The position numbers and the translations under genes are program-made. A stretch of DNA of 64,000 nucleotides from a virus (taxonomy: Duplodnaviria > Caudoviricetes), in IMG/VR virus record IMGVR_UViG_3300021255_001258, positions 32,001 to 96,000 of that record. One strand, 5' to 3'. Of this stretch, positions 10,474 to 24,200 are shown in pieces; within the stretch, counting starts at the first letter, position 1; each line of letters starts with the position of its first letter. The notes beneath the pieces were generated by a model. It made no database searches, was not told the origin of the DNA, and saw nothing but the letters and a program-made list of their open reading frames with translations.

Positions 10474-13020
10474 TCAATTTATTTCACATACAAACTGCAT
10501 ACTATTTCCTATGATACTTGGGTCAACATATATACATCTTTGTGTTTTATATGGTGTGCTTGTATCAACTGACTGACCAGTTGCATTTATTCTATAATAT
10601 TTATATGTATATATATAATTCTCGGATGCGGTTACCCAAGATGTTCCGTTATATTGTTTAAGTGTACACGTTTTATTACTTGCGTTTAATTCATAATAAT
10701 AATCTCCACTAGAAGCAGGAGATGGAGCAACAGTTGAAAATACTAACGATTTTAGCGGATCAACTTCTTCTGCACCTCGATATACTCTTGTATATATAGC
10801 TCCACAACCTTGGCCATTTTTAAATTCACGAACAGTTGCAACAGTTTGTGCGGTATATGGATCTTGAATGTCGTCCACTGTATAGAAAGCCTCACATGTC
10901 GTTCCGCCATAAGCAGCCGTAGCCTTAAAGAATTCAAAGTCATCCACCATTGAAGCGGTTACGACCAAACTGGACGAAGTTGCGCCAGAAATAGGAGAGT
11001 ACGAACCATTTGTAAATTTATACCAAGTAATACTTGTCGGTGTTACAGCGTTCGCACCAAATACATAACGAAGCTTTAATGTTGTGCTTCCTTCCGAATT
11101 TCTAATAATTCCACCATCTTCGGAGTAAATCTAAAGAATGCTTGTTGTTTCGCCGTCAGATCCTTTAAGATTCTTTGTTAATACATATGTCGAATCTGTC
11201 GTAAACGTTCCACCATCTGTGCGAGTTGCGGTTAAACGAATTGTTATACTTGCTTGTTTTAAAGATGCTCCCCCTAACGTTGCTCCATTTGCAGCGCGTA
11301 ATACAAGGTTTCCATTCGAAGACGCGGTTCCGGCAGTATTTGTGGCAAGAGTTATACCACTCGGCAGAGAGGAAGTAATAGAAGCAGTGACAGGAATTTT
11401 GTTAATTCCGGCAAAAGCATAGAACGGAATTGTCAAATTTTGCTCACCGGATACTTTGCCATCTGGTGTACAAGGAAGAATATCCTAATGATTTACCAAT
11501 CCGACTGTATAGCCAGGAATGCCGTCCTAGCCATCTTCGCCAGAAATACCATCTCTTGTGATAACGACCAGCTATTCGTCCAATATTGTTGTTGTGTTTC
11601 CAGAAACATATAAACGGCATCTAATATTCAAAACAGATGTTGTACTGGGAGAGTAATGAACGATTGCTTCATCATTTGCGCTCGTATATTTATCAACATA
11701 TGCAACGCCATCTTCAGTTTCTGCAATTATGAATCGTCCAGAATAAGCATTTTTTGTCAGCGAAGATCCCGTCTTTGTATAAGCAGAAAATGTTACAGAC
11801 GTTGGTGTATACACATTATCTTCTGATAAATTCACAACATATGTATCCGGTGCAACTTCATATATAACCGCATCTTGACCATCAGAACCAGAACGAGATT
11901 TAGTTATTGTATAACGGGCATATAATTCGGAATATCCTTCACACGTACAAATAAAATCTACATAACTCGTCTATTGTGTGAGGGCGGTTGGAGTAAATAC
12001 TCTATCGACAAATGTGCCTTCCAAACCTGGACCAAGTGTTGCCACAATTTTCCATCTATAGTCCTGAACATAAATGTTGTTTTCATCAGTAAGAATCGTG
12101 TTATTCTCGTCCAATAATGTAAAAGCATCAAAACTTACATCTTCACCGCCTTCATATATATGAATGTCTGTAGACGCTCCATTAAACGTAATTACATTAC
12201 CTTCGTCATCACACGGAACATAATGAGACTGATTGCTTAGTACAACAGATACTGTCGAATCTCCCGCCGTCCCATCATATATTTTTATTATCTAATGAAT
12301 ATCATAAACATCTGGATCTGAAGTGGCTAACTTAATTGTGGCTGTTCTATTGTTAAGCCATATGCTATTTTCTGTAGCCATTACTGTTAATGTTGTTCCG
12401 CTTATAGACTGGTTATTTCCTGTAGGAAATGCGACATACTGCCCAGAAGAGTTAAGATACTGCCACTGACTAATAGAAACATTCGAAACATCTGCTGTTA
12501 ATACAATAGAATCAGAGCCGACAATATCTCTCGTCGAATCATATAAGAATGTACTCTCACCAGTGATATAGGCGTACTTAATATCAGAACCAGAAGTAAT
12601 AAGAGAGTATGTCAATGTATTTTGTGTACGTACAGTTACGCCAGTTGATGGATCTGCATAAGCTATATCACAAATATATGTGATTATTTTACTTTGCGAA
12701 TCAGCAAGTTTATTTGCCGATACTTCAAGAACACCATTATTCGCAGTTTCTCCAGTTGTCAGAGCGACCGCAGTTCCAGAGCCATCTCGTCTTGTATAAG
12801 ATATGGTGAGTCCACTCGCAGACAGCGAGAGAGAAGCACCATTAAAAGTAATAACCGGAGTAATTATCAAATGCGAAGAACTCCAGTCAGGTGTATAAGC
12901 GCTGTTATTAGGATTATATATCACGCTCGTAGGTTGATTGCTACTTAAATAACTTTGTAGATTACCAACGTCGAGGCTGTCCTAAATCGCAACGCTGCTA
13001 TATGCATGAATAACGGACAT
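10474..13020 (-). CDS. Tail/baseplate structural protein, ~848 aa (recoded)
   Basis: ATG 13020 with AAGGAGG; four track ORFs in frame; ends TGA; YTPDW motif and beta-rich composition. Confidence 0.8.
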
Positions 13021-13032
13021 ATATTACCTCCT

Positions 13033-16000
13033 TTATGACGTTGAAATTCCATTATCCCACTGGAAGTGACATACAAAATTTGCATTTCTAACAATATCAC
13101 TTCCACTAATTGTTAAAATTTTTGTTCCGGTTGAATGAGCATTATTCCATGCTGTATCTCCAGCCGAGTCAGATGAAGACCTAGACCAGACAAAATATTC
13201 GCCACTATAGTCTTCGGTGACTTCAATACCGTTACGAAGTAAGTGTGCAATTAATCTAACATTTCCGCCACTTATATCAATGCCATCCGGTGTTTCTATA
13301 CGGATAGTATAAGTTGCAGACTCTTCAAGGCCGGTAGAAATACGACCTAGTTCATTTGTTGTATTATTAACAAAGGTTGTATACTGAACACCCCACGCTT
13401 CTTCTCCATTGTAAATCTGTGTAAGCTATACTCTGTCTCCAGTTTTCATTACGCTAAATCCAAGTCTGTCTTCGCTAATTGTTCCGGTACGAATCATATC
13501 ATTTCTTATTAATTGATCCGGCACTGCATTCTCGGTAATTCCTTGCGGAGTAAGAACAGTGGCACCATCTGAATTACGAAGAATTAAACTTGGCTGTTGG
13601 TTTGTATCATATCCAAGCTGAATGCCAACATATTCATTGTCGTTTTCATCTTTGCCTATAATCTGGAGAGCAGTACCGTCCATAATCATGGCACCATTCT
13701 CGGATAAAATCTTCATATTTTCTGTAAGAACTATATTTCCGGCAGCAAGGTCTGCAACCCCAAGTTTGTTAATAACAGCACTTTGTATATAAGCATCATC
13801 AACAATACTGGACACAGATGTGGACATTAATGATTGTAAACTTCTTGTAAATGTTGTATTTGCAAGAATGGCATCCGCATTAAGGACGTCAACATTAGCA
13901 AGAGCAGCCTCAAGCGTTTCAACCGTGATTTCTCCGGCTTCTATATATGGAGAAATAATCTCGCCAAAATACGCCATATCACCAGTGATATTATGAACAT
14001 CAATCTCAAGAGCATTAATAGCATTTGAATTAATAATATTCGATGTTAGCGTCTCAAAATCACCGGTTTCACCAACGATCTATGTGGCATTAATTGTAGC
14101 TGTGCTAATATAATCTCCGGTAATCTCGGTAATACTGTCAGTACCAACACGAATAATCTCGGAAGATAATTCAGATATTTCAGCCTAATCAGCACGGAGA
14201 ACTTCGGTAACAATATATTCAGAATCTATATACTAAGTGAACAACTCATTAAATTCCGCCGTTTCGCCAACAATATGAGTAACATTAATTTCGGCAGCAT
14301 CAATTTGTTCAGAAACTATATGACTAATATTTCCTTGAATAGCACTGATTGTAGCCGTAGTTACATCTCCAACGATTCCACCACCAATGTCCGTACTGTA
14401 TGATCCCATATAACTGCTGAATGTAGAATTGTTTAATAGCCTAAGAACAAACGCAGTATCTACATTAATATCAGAACCATCTACTGTCCGTGTAAGAGTA
14501 GCATATACCTAATTCTTGGAAGAGCGGTTCTCGCTGTTCATTAATGACACAAAGTCATTTCTTTCACTGGCATACTATGTCATATTGGAAAATGTCAAAT
14601 CTATTGTAGGTTCAATCAAGAATGGATTAAAACCTATAGATGTCACACGGAGTTTAACTTGAAAATCTTCCCTCATTGCTACACGGATAAAGTTTCCAAC
14701 TTCAAGTTGACCGTGCCATGCCTTAAATTCCGGCATAAGCAGAAGATTATCCTGCGTTGTAGAGAATGTCCACTAGGGCTATGAGTCTGCTTCAAGCTGT
14801 TTCTTTGCATCCAAATATAACTCATATGCTTTATTTACCCATTCCTCGCCAGTACTGATGCTTGTAGTGATTATATTCTCATTCACATAGTCAGTGTGAA
14901 TCCTATATCTATCAAGAAGCCATAAATCATCATCAATAAATCCGAATCTGGAATTTGTAATGTTTACATCATCTTTGATTGCATTCATTTGATTTTGATA
15001 ATCATCAACAACATCCATGGCATCATTATATTCCTAAAGACGAACAGCATATACATCCTTACATTCTTCAAGAGCCTCATTGTATTTCAAATATAACTCA
15101 TACTGTTTTTGCGCATATGCATCACCTTGTTCACCAGGCACATTAAATCCACGCTTCTCCAATGTTGTTACGCTATTGGTTAATGTCGTAATCATTGACT
15201 TCAACTCGCCAACACCATATGAGTCGCCATATCTGTCAAAATCATACATATATCCATCATAGTACGGACGAGTATCAGACGCAGACGAAACACCTCGATT
15301 ATAAAGCGCAATATCAAGGTTTGGAATAATTTGTTCTTTTAACAATATATAGTACTGATAATCTTCTGGTGACGCTTCAGCGAGGGCCTCTTCACCGATA
15401 AATTCACCTTCTTCGTCCACATATGTGGTTTCGATCCCAACCATTATTGATTCTTGGCTGGCACGTTCATTAACCAACTCGTCGTCCGATAGAGTAGAGT
15501 ATTGTGCAGTATCTACCATGTCCACTGGCACACGGTCATATATTTCGTCCGCAACCTACTAAGCATTACGGCGAAGAATAGAAGCGTCCATATAATCTTG
15601 ACGTCTGGACTCTCGGTAATCTCGCCAGTATATATATTTGTCAATAAATTCTTGACTAAAATTATCAGTATTTAGAAAATAATCAATATTCTCAATCCAG
15701 TTCTCACCGAAGTTTGCCTCGATGACATCGAGATTTTCTCCGCCGGAAACGTGATAAAGAGTATATAATTGCTTTTCGGAATTTCTGGTAACAGAGTTCT
15801 ATATATTATGAAAGCTCAAATACACATTCGTATCATTTCCCAAGTTGTGAATTTTATAAACATTGACAGTATAATTCTCAGTGTCGAAAACAAACATACA
15901 TTCAAAATATGTTGCAACTTCCTATGTGAGGAAACTATATATGTCCTAAGAATCTACTTCAAATCTGCCAACCATATTTGCAAGTTTTATATGATCAGCC

Positions 16001-16941
16001 TCAACAGGAGAATCCGCATCAATCCAATCGTCAACATATCCAACTTTCCAACCATGGTCATCCAGTATGATATTAAGCAAGGATAACTCGCGCATACGTT
16101 TGGCCTCGTTATCAACAACCTGTTTGATACTATACACTCCAGATGTTTCGTCATTCTTAACTATTTGTGTATTGACGGTCAAGTGAATATATCTGCGAAG
16201 CTCTGGATAATTAGTACACAATACCAGTACTGTATTTTTTCTTTCGGGAGTATTCGCTTTTATTGTTCCGATATAACCCTCAAGTCTATTTGCTGTCGAT
16301 GGCCGTCCAGCTTCTCTGTATGCATCAGCAGCATCCTATAAATCTTCATCTAATCTTGAATAATCAAAGTCTATACGCCACGAATAAAGAATTTGAGGAT
16401 GTTCATATATGGGATCACCTTCCAAATCAGAAACCGTAGAGCCATAAAACTCGTTCGACAGCGCATCCAAATCAGTTGTGTCTCTATAGAACAAAACCTA
16501 ATCCTAGAATGCATAATAGCCATTAGCCGGATATTTATTGTCCGTTGCCAACATTTCTTTTGAAGAAACAGAGGCTGTGTTTATCTCAAAATTCACAAGA
16601 TCGTATTGTTGTAGCTCAATTTCAAGCGATTCGGCGCGAACCGATTTAGTTTCAATATTACCATCGCTTTCAATGACCGGTTCTTCGTTGATTTTAAACC
16701 AGCCCTTACCAGGCATACATAATTCAAAATGTTGCTGAATCAAGTCATATACCGGATTTATTTCACCATTGATGTCACGAGATACGGTGAATTCAAGCAA
16801 ACTGGTATTGTTTAAATTGCGTTCATAATGACAAGTATCCTCTTGAATGCCTGGAATTGCCCCAACAAGTCTTTGTCCCGGTCTTCCAAGATATATCATT
16901 GTAGGTTCAAGATTACCGTAAACATCGTAAGATGTGTCCAT
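13033..16941 (-). CDS. Tail tip/baseplate hub (Tal-like) protein, ~1302 aa (recoded)
   Basis: Five track ORFs in frame; follows Dit; ends TAA 13033. Confidence 0.8.
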
Positions 16942-17783
16942 TAATATGCACCCACCTTCCTTGGTTCACGAAATTCTATTCTGATGTCTGCCTGCCCGGT
17001 GATACTAATTCGATTGTCTCCATTATATAATTTTGGCCAATATATTTCACCAACGTCGGCTATGCCAATATCATCAAAAGTGAACATCCCGTTTGTCCCA
17101 TACACCATAGCTTTTTGAGAATCAATAATCGTTTTTAATTTATGTAATCTAAGATTTAAAGACTTCCCATCTTCAGCATTCGCAATTGTTATGGGAACTC
17201 GATAATTGTCTAAATCTGCATCTATATTTGGAGTAATGGTAATGATGGGATAAATAGGACTATTCGGTTCACTTGTATCAACGTGGATTGTCACTTCGGT
17301 AGTATCATGAGTGGTTGCTTCATAATGAATTCCTTTTTGTTCTCCCCATGCATACGGCGAATTTGTTGTAAATGTCATTGTAAAACCAATAACTCCGTCT
17401 GGCGTTGTTTGCGTCTAAACATCCGAGAAAAGTCCAAAGTAATCATATTTATTATAAATATCCGGCTCGTCAGCATACATATGAAATAGGGTAGGATACT
17501 ATGGAGCGGTAAGCCATGATACGATTTCATCAACTTCGTCTTCTGTGAATATATATCTGTCACTATCCGAGCATTGACTTTTTACCATCTGAATTGTAAA
17601 TACAAGCGGTTCCTGATAAGCTGTTCCCATATGATTGGGGATGATTCTATAGCGGTTCATTGTCCCGCGCAAAATTTCCCGGTTCATGGCGAGTGGGAGA
17701 TCAAAGTCTAAATTAAATCCGCCAACCATCAAATCATAGTCTTCTGATGTTGCGCCGTTGTAATAAAAATAATTACCATACAT
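16941..17783 (-). CDS. Distal tail protein (Dit), 280 aa
   Basis: Joined across TAG; FYYNG.TSEDY, TFTTNSPYAW and WPKLYNGDNRI motifs; C-terminal EPRKVGAY. Confidence 0.85.
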
Positions 17784-17840
17784 AGCCTTCCTCCTTTCTT
17801 TTATAGGGCGAGTCGTGACCCGCCCTTAATAATCAAAAAA

Positions 17841-18347
17841 TCAATATTCTGGGAAACCTGCCTCAATATACTCTGTATATCGTTTTCTAATATATGCAAT
17901 TGCCAAGTCAGCTTCCCCATTCGCCATTCCTTTGGCTTTTAGTATTCTTTCATATTCCTCATATGTGTTAAGCACATGATTATATGCCTCTCTATCATAT
18001 TCACGCTTACGAATTGCATTGGCAAAATCCAGTATTACCCAACGCTTTCTTTCAATTTCATTCATTGTCTCACGTTCATCTATCTTATTAATTTTATCTA
18101 ACAGCAATTCTTGTGTTTCGACAACTTTCTTCTATGTATCACGAAGAGAGTCTGTCTCTGTTTTTATTCTTTCTATCTCTTCATATACTTTTTTCTTTTC
18201 AAGACTTGTCTTTGTTTCAATACCAAATCTAGTTGTAAAGAAATCTATCAATTTAATTAAAAACTGTATTGCCACAAATGCAGCAATCACAGTAAGAAAA
18301 ATCGTGATCTTATTCGGACTCTCCAAAACTGCCTATATCTCGCCCAT
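17841..18347 (-). CDS. Membrane-anchored coiled-coil protein in the lysis region, 168 aa
   Basis: Two track ORFs joined via TAG; N-terminal hydrophobic helix. Confidence 0.65.
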
Positions 18348-18352
18348 GGTTA

Positions 18353-19960
18353 TCACGCTCTCACTACGTAAGACGCGCTTACATAACCATAGTATTTTCC
18401 GGCAATTCTGACATAGAACCACTTGCCACCATTTGCAGCAGTAGCTTCGTCACATACATCAATAAGATTGTCTTTATTCAGAATTGGATATGTCACCAAT
18501 TGAGAATAAGAAGTGCCTGGGCCAGTACGGACATTAAGTTGATTAACGGTAACCTTACCAGTATATTTAGGAGTTTTATTAAGCATGGAAGAGGGTGTTT
18601 TTGCAGATTCAACAAGTGTATTGAGCTTGTTCCATGTAAGTGGCCCAACAATGCCGTCCGCTTCAAGACCGTATTTTTTCTGGAAGTTGATAACAGCTAC
18701 ATTTGTTTTTGATCCAAAATCACCATCTGCTTCGATGTTATAACCAAGCACTCTCAGCTTGGATTGAAGCTCCATTACGGCGGTTCCAGCGGATCCTTTC
18801 TGAACGGTCGGATGCGAAACAGTGGTGGTTGAAGATGCGGTTGTCGCACTTCCAAACCGAAGAATATGTGTCCACGGGTAATTCCGGTATGCGCGAATGA
18901 GAATCTCCCGGTTAGTCTAATCGCCGGGGATGGAATTATGAGCACCACCCTTTTCGTTAATACTGGCCTCGACCTCCATGCCATTACCACAATACATAGC
19001 TACATGGTGGACTGTATTCAGAAGCACATCTCCACGAAGGAGTCCTGCACCAGTTGCAAGGTTTACAGTTTTAGTCACATCCTTGAAGCCACATTTTATA
19101 AATACACCGTACATATTTCCGGTATATGTTGCACCTTTGGTTTTAACCGGAACCCCTGCTTGTTCCCAAGCCTCAATAGTCAAACTAGAACAATCATAGT
19201 CTGGACCCCATCTATTGTCCTAACTATAACCATGCGAATTATCATTGGCAATTTTTTCCATAAATGAAATTGCTTTTTCAACTTTGCTTACAGTTGTCAT
19301 TTTATCCACCTCCTTTTGCGCTGCATCTCCAGTAGAAGTATAACCGCTTACTCCATTAACAAGCTTATCAATATATTCCTTATCAAATGTACTGATATCA
19401 GTATTACCACCATTGAGTTTAAACTTTGAAGAGTATTGCCATCCTACTTCACCAATATTCGGGCGCAAACGCTCAACTATCACTCCAGTGTCATTGTTTG
19501 GATAAGCTGCAATCCAATAGTCGAAACCCATTTCTTTACCACCAATTTGACTATGAACCCACTTGCCGGTATAAATTCCAAAATGATATCCGGCAGAAGT
19601 AATGATGTCCGCAAAAGCATGAATCATCTTTTTGAGTTGTTCCTTCGGCAAATATATCTGACTTGAATCTTCAACATCAAGCCAGACACCTAAAGGACAT
19701 TTGCGGTGATTTAGCGCTTTCAATACTTCAGTTGCTTCTTTCTTGATTTCTGCTTCGGTCTTTGCATAACTATACTTATACACCCCGCAGACAAGCCCAT
19801 TGTCCGTACAACCATTCCAATGAGTTTCAAATTTTGAATCAACCTTATTGCCTTTTTCGGTAATGCGGATGATTGCCCCTTTTAATCCATACTACTTCAG
19901 CTAGGCATACGGAACATTTGAGTTCCATGCACTGATGTCAATGATTTTATAATCAGCCAT
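18353..19960 (-). CDS. Endolysin: GH25 muramidase + NlpC/P60-like + PG-binding + SH3, 535 aa (three TAGs)
   Basis: IIDISAW..WLDVED..WQYSS; YDCSS..HHVAMY; DGDFG..DGIVGPLTW; LNVRTGPG. Confidence 0.9.
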
Positions 19961-19995
19961 TGTTTTCCTCCTTTCTGAGAGTAGGATTCTACTCA

Positions 19996-20388
19996 TCAAT
20001 CTATAGTCTTGTTTTCTTCAATAATTTTCCGCAGTGTTTTCAGAGCGTTATCAATCTGTTCGTCAATCCAAGCTACAAGTTGCTCCTGATCTTGGACTCT
20101 GGCCAGAATCGGAAAATCAGCATAAATTTTCTAGATTACCTGAGATCTCTTAATTTCCCCGGCTTTTACATAATCCTGATACTCGACCTCTGCATCTGTA
20201 ATCATTTTAAGGATAGTAGAGCGGATTTGTTCTTTCGCAATCGCAATTCGTTCTTCCTCGGATTTGGTGAAGAAATTATAAATCTTCTTAAAAAGACCAA
20301 ATGCAAGACCAAGGATTGCAATAATCAGAGGCCAGTTATCATTAATAAGTTGCAAAAAGTTTTTAATACCATGCAGAATTGTAGTCAT
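19996..20388 (-). CDS. Putative holin, 130 aa
   Basis: Single N-terminal TM helix, GEIKRSQV motif, directly upstream of the endolysin; TAG 20131 read through to TGA. Confidence 0.7.
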
Positions 20389-20402
20389 AATTATTCCTCC
20401 TA

Positions 20403-20684
20403 TTAGCCAACTGGCTCATCGTCGTCAACTGCGCTATTAAGTTCTTGTGTTCTGTCAAGCATCGCCATGTCATAAGTGATGCCGCCAACTGTGTTCTGAG
20501 CCTTGCTCTTGTTGAAGTACCCCAGAACAATCGGTACTAAAGATACCGGAACTCCAATCAAAGCATACATTGCCGACAAATCTCCATACTTATTCATCAT
20601 GATTTCCGCAAAGATAATTATTTCAATGCAGATTATAAAAACAACCAGTAACACAAGTTTACTGGTGGATATCTTTTTCTTCAT
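20403..20684 (-). CDS. Two-TM membrane protein (holin-like)
   Basis: Two hydrophobic segments; KSKAQNTVGGITYD; AGGAGG RBS. Confidence 0.65.
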   Translation of the reverse strand: MKKKISTSKLVLLVVFIICIEIIIFAEIMMNKYGDLSAMYALIGVPVSLVPIVLGYFNKSKAQNTVGGITYDMAMLDRTQELNSAVDDDEPVG

Positions 20685-20697
20685 AAGGATCGCCTCC

Positions 20698-21192
20698 TTA
20701 CTCGCCAAGAATGGCGTCAAGCATATTTACATCTTCAAACGTGAGCGTTGTGTCGTCCGGTAAAGACTCGACAAACGTATCCATGTTGATTTCTTTATAT
20801 TCATATTCATGTTTTTCTGCGAGAATATCATTTAGTTCCTGTTGTAGTTTAGACATTGCAACTTGGTATGCATCAATGAATTCGTCCTTAATCTGTCGAA
20901 CAGTTTCCTCGACTTCTTTACCGTCTTCATCCAGTACATATTCGCCGTTTTCATCTTTCTTCGGGCGAGTAATTTCTTCAGATTTTTCTTCGCCAAAATA
21001 TTCATCACGGATTTTCTGGATTTCAGAGTCACGGAATTCTTCAAACTTCTGAGCGTCGGGCAGAAGAGTAGCAATAGCATTCTTCAACGCCCAACGAGTT
21101 TTCAGCCCCATAGCAGCATTCTTTTCTTCAGTAAGCTGATTCTGAAATGCAACGATATTTAAAACTTCAAGTGTGTTAAATGTTTTCTTCAT
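20698..21192 (-). CDS. Hypothetical acidic protein
   Basis: 164-aa ORF with AAAGGAG RBS. Confidence 0.75.
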   Translation of the reverse strand: MKKTFNTLEVLNIVAFQNQLTEEKNAAMGLKTRWALKNAIATLLPDAQKFEEFRDSEIQKIRDEYFGEEKSEEITRPKKDENGEYVLDEDGKEVEETVRQIKDEFIDAYQVAMSKLQQELNDILAEKHEYEYKEINMDTFVESLPDDTTLTFEDVNMLDAILGE

Positions 21193-21220
21193 AGTACATC
21201 TCCTTTAAATCATTAAAAAT

Positions 21221-21244
21221 AAGGGGCAGATTTCTCCGCCCCTT
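21221..21244 (-). terminator. Terminator after tape measure gene
   Basis: AAGGGGCGGA/TCTGCCCCTT stem followed by ATTTTT. Confidence 0.75.
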
Positions 21245-21253
21245 GTAACATTA

Positions 21254-24200
21254 TTATTTTCTACCGAGTTTTCTTGCTTCTCTAGCATTATATTTGTTTG
21301 TGTATTCACATGCTTGCTTCAAGATATCCTGAAGTTCTGGTAATACATCTCTGGTTACATCTCCCTAAACAGTCAACAGCGATTCATAATTGTTGGTGAT
21401 ATTTGTAGACTGGTCAACTTGAGACGGAATACTCGGCATCTTCATTTGAATGAATGTGTGTGGATCAATTGCGCCCCATTTCATAAGATTTTCTGTAAGA
21501 TTTGCGGGGATTACTCCATCACCTTTAGAGAGAGGAGTGAGGTATGCACCGTCTTTGCGAACGAGGAGTTCGCCGGAGTGCGTCCAGTGAGAGCCAGTAT
21601 ATGGAATACTTGTTATTCCTTTTGCATAGCCTTTCTTTGAAGATTTCCAGCCAGTATCTTTAAGTTTCTTGAGAAGAGCAGCAGCTTGCGTTTCGTTCAA
21701 AGATTTCTGATTAGCGGTTACACCGGAGATTTTTTGATCTACTGCAAGCTATACAAGTTCTTTGTCTGTTGGTGTTTTGCCAGTTATACCTTTTATATAT
21801 TCTTTGAGATTCTATTCTTCGGCTTTCTTTATATCACTTGTGATATTACCTGAACTTGTGGTTGCTGCATTTGATGCTGTAATCTTTGTAGTTTTATTAT
21901 CACTCTTGAAACTTGTTGTGCTTGCAAGGCTTTTGCCATAATTTGCGGACAACACATATCCTTCAAGGTCAAATCCATTATACTGTAAAGCCGTTACAAT
22001 AGCTTTCTTTTGAGCATCTGTTAACTTCTTTCCACTTGCTTCTGTCGGTAGTCCAGAAACATTTGTATATGCTTTACCAATATGTAACATTTCAGCTTCG
22101 GTTAAGTCTTGACCTGTTGTATCATATATATACTTCCATAAAACATCACTTTGTTTTGTCGTAACTGTTCCAGCATCCGGCGTTCTATTTCTTGAATATA
22201 TATATTGACCTGCACCTTGATTTGTTCCAAAACCATACTGCTTCATTGCTGCCAGGATTTTATTACGAGCATCCATTGAAAGATCTTCTTCTTTGGTAAC
22301 TTTGCTCTTATATGGAACGCCCTCAAGATCAGCCCCAAAATCTCTCAGATATTGCGCCAAATGGGCCATTTCTGTAGCTGAAGCATCTTTTCCACCAGTA
22401 AGCTTGTAAAGATAATTCCACAAAGCATCATCTTTATGATTATTAATAGCTTCTGTACTTGCAACTTTACGGGAAGCAGCATAGTTATACATCTTTGTAA
22501 GAGTATTTCTACGTGCTTTTGCCTGTGTAGCAGTTTCTCCACCGGCAGCTTGTTCTGCTTTTTTCTTATCATCCGCATCAGTGTAGCTTGTCTTTTGTTG
22601 GCCGTTTGCCTCAAGACCTCCAACCATTTCCTCATAAGCGGAACGATATTCTCTCATTGCTGTTGTGAGAAGACCAAGATTCTCAAGAGCTTCTTGCGCT
22701 CCTACTGTCATGAATCGAATTGGGTTTGTGCTTATATTATCAACAACGGTTTCCCACTATGTCTAGAAAGAAGAAAGCGTACCTTCATTTTCTTGAACCT
22801 AAGCAGCCCATGCTTGAAGTGGTGCGAGAGTACCATTCAAGTCATCAATTTGTTTTTCTGCTGTTTTTCCGACTACGGTTCCGGTTTGTTTTATCTTAGC
22901 TTGAATTGCACTATATGCACTATCATAATTCTGTTCAACTCGTTTAAGCATCATCGCAACTACTTGCTCTTGAGCTTCTGCATTTCCTTCAACATATTTA
23001 AGCGTATCATCAAGATTCTTTTGTGCTTTGTTTGACAATTCATCGTATCCTTGCTGTTGCATATCTATGCTGTGTTGATAACGAGTATCCGCAAGATCGT
23101 CTTCTTTCTCAGAAATCTAAGCCTTTACTTGTGCAAGGCGGGCTTTCGTCGCAGCATCTTGTACACCGGTAAGGGCTGCCGCTTCTGCGCGAAGCTGTTG
23201 CAATTCTTTATTTTTGCCCTAAAGAGTACGGTTATAATCGTAATAACTCTTTTTGGCTGACAGGCTCTTCTTTCTAAGGTCGATAAGTTCTTGTAATGCA
23301 CGATTCTCATTTGTAATCTACGTCTTATATACATCAATAATGGATTTCTTCAGTTGCTCATTTGCAGACACACTCTGCTGAATTGTCTCTATATGCTGAC
23401 GAGATTCTTCTTCGTATTGCTCCATGGAAATAATTCCAGCGTCATATTCCTCATGTAGTTTCTCAAGAGCGCCACGTTCATTTGCAATAAGTTGATTGTA
23501 ATTCTGAATCTCTGCACCATAGAGCGCAAGTTTTGCGTATCCTTCTTCTGTGATTTCAATTTGGTCACCAGTATCAAATATTTCTGCATCGCTAATAAGA
23601 CTATTGAGATGTTCAAAGTCAGACACTGTTTCTTTAATAATTCTCTGAATTCTTTCGAACGGCTCCCATCTAGTCTTACGAATTGCCTCAGAAAGTTCAA
23701 TGTTGGCAGTAGCAAGAGAGATGGCAGTCTCACGAAGTTGCTGAAGTTTTGCATAACCTTCATTCCACTTATCAGAACCAGGCTCCCATTGTTTCATTTG
23801 CTCTGCAAGAGCAGCGGACTGTTTATCAATCTGAACGATTTCCAAATTGTTTGTATCTATCTGTCCTTGATATGCAGTTCTTCTTTGTGCAATAGATTTC
23901 TGCATCGTGCTTACATCTACACTTGGGAAATTCTTACGAGTCCCAACTTTTTCATAATAACCAGCAATACCTTTAAGAGCACTTGAGAAACGACTTAATC
24001 TTTCTATGGCTTGACCAATAGCGTCAATATCAAGCTGTTTTATTTTGTCGCCCATCTCTACAATAGCAGTATTGGTATCCCAAATGCTTGCCTCAAGATC
24101 AAATAATTTGGCTTTGGCTTCATGATATTCGTCAGTATTTTTCTTGCCAGCCGCCTCTAAATCACTAATGATCTTGGTATATTCGGTATATTGAGACGAC

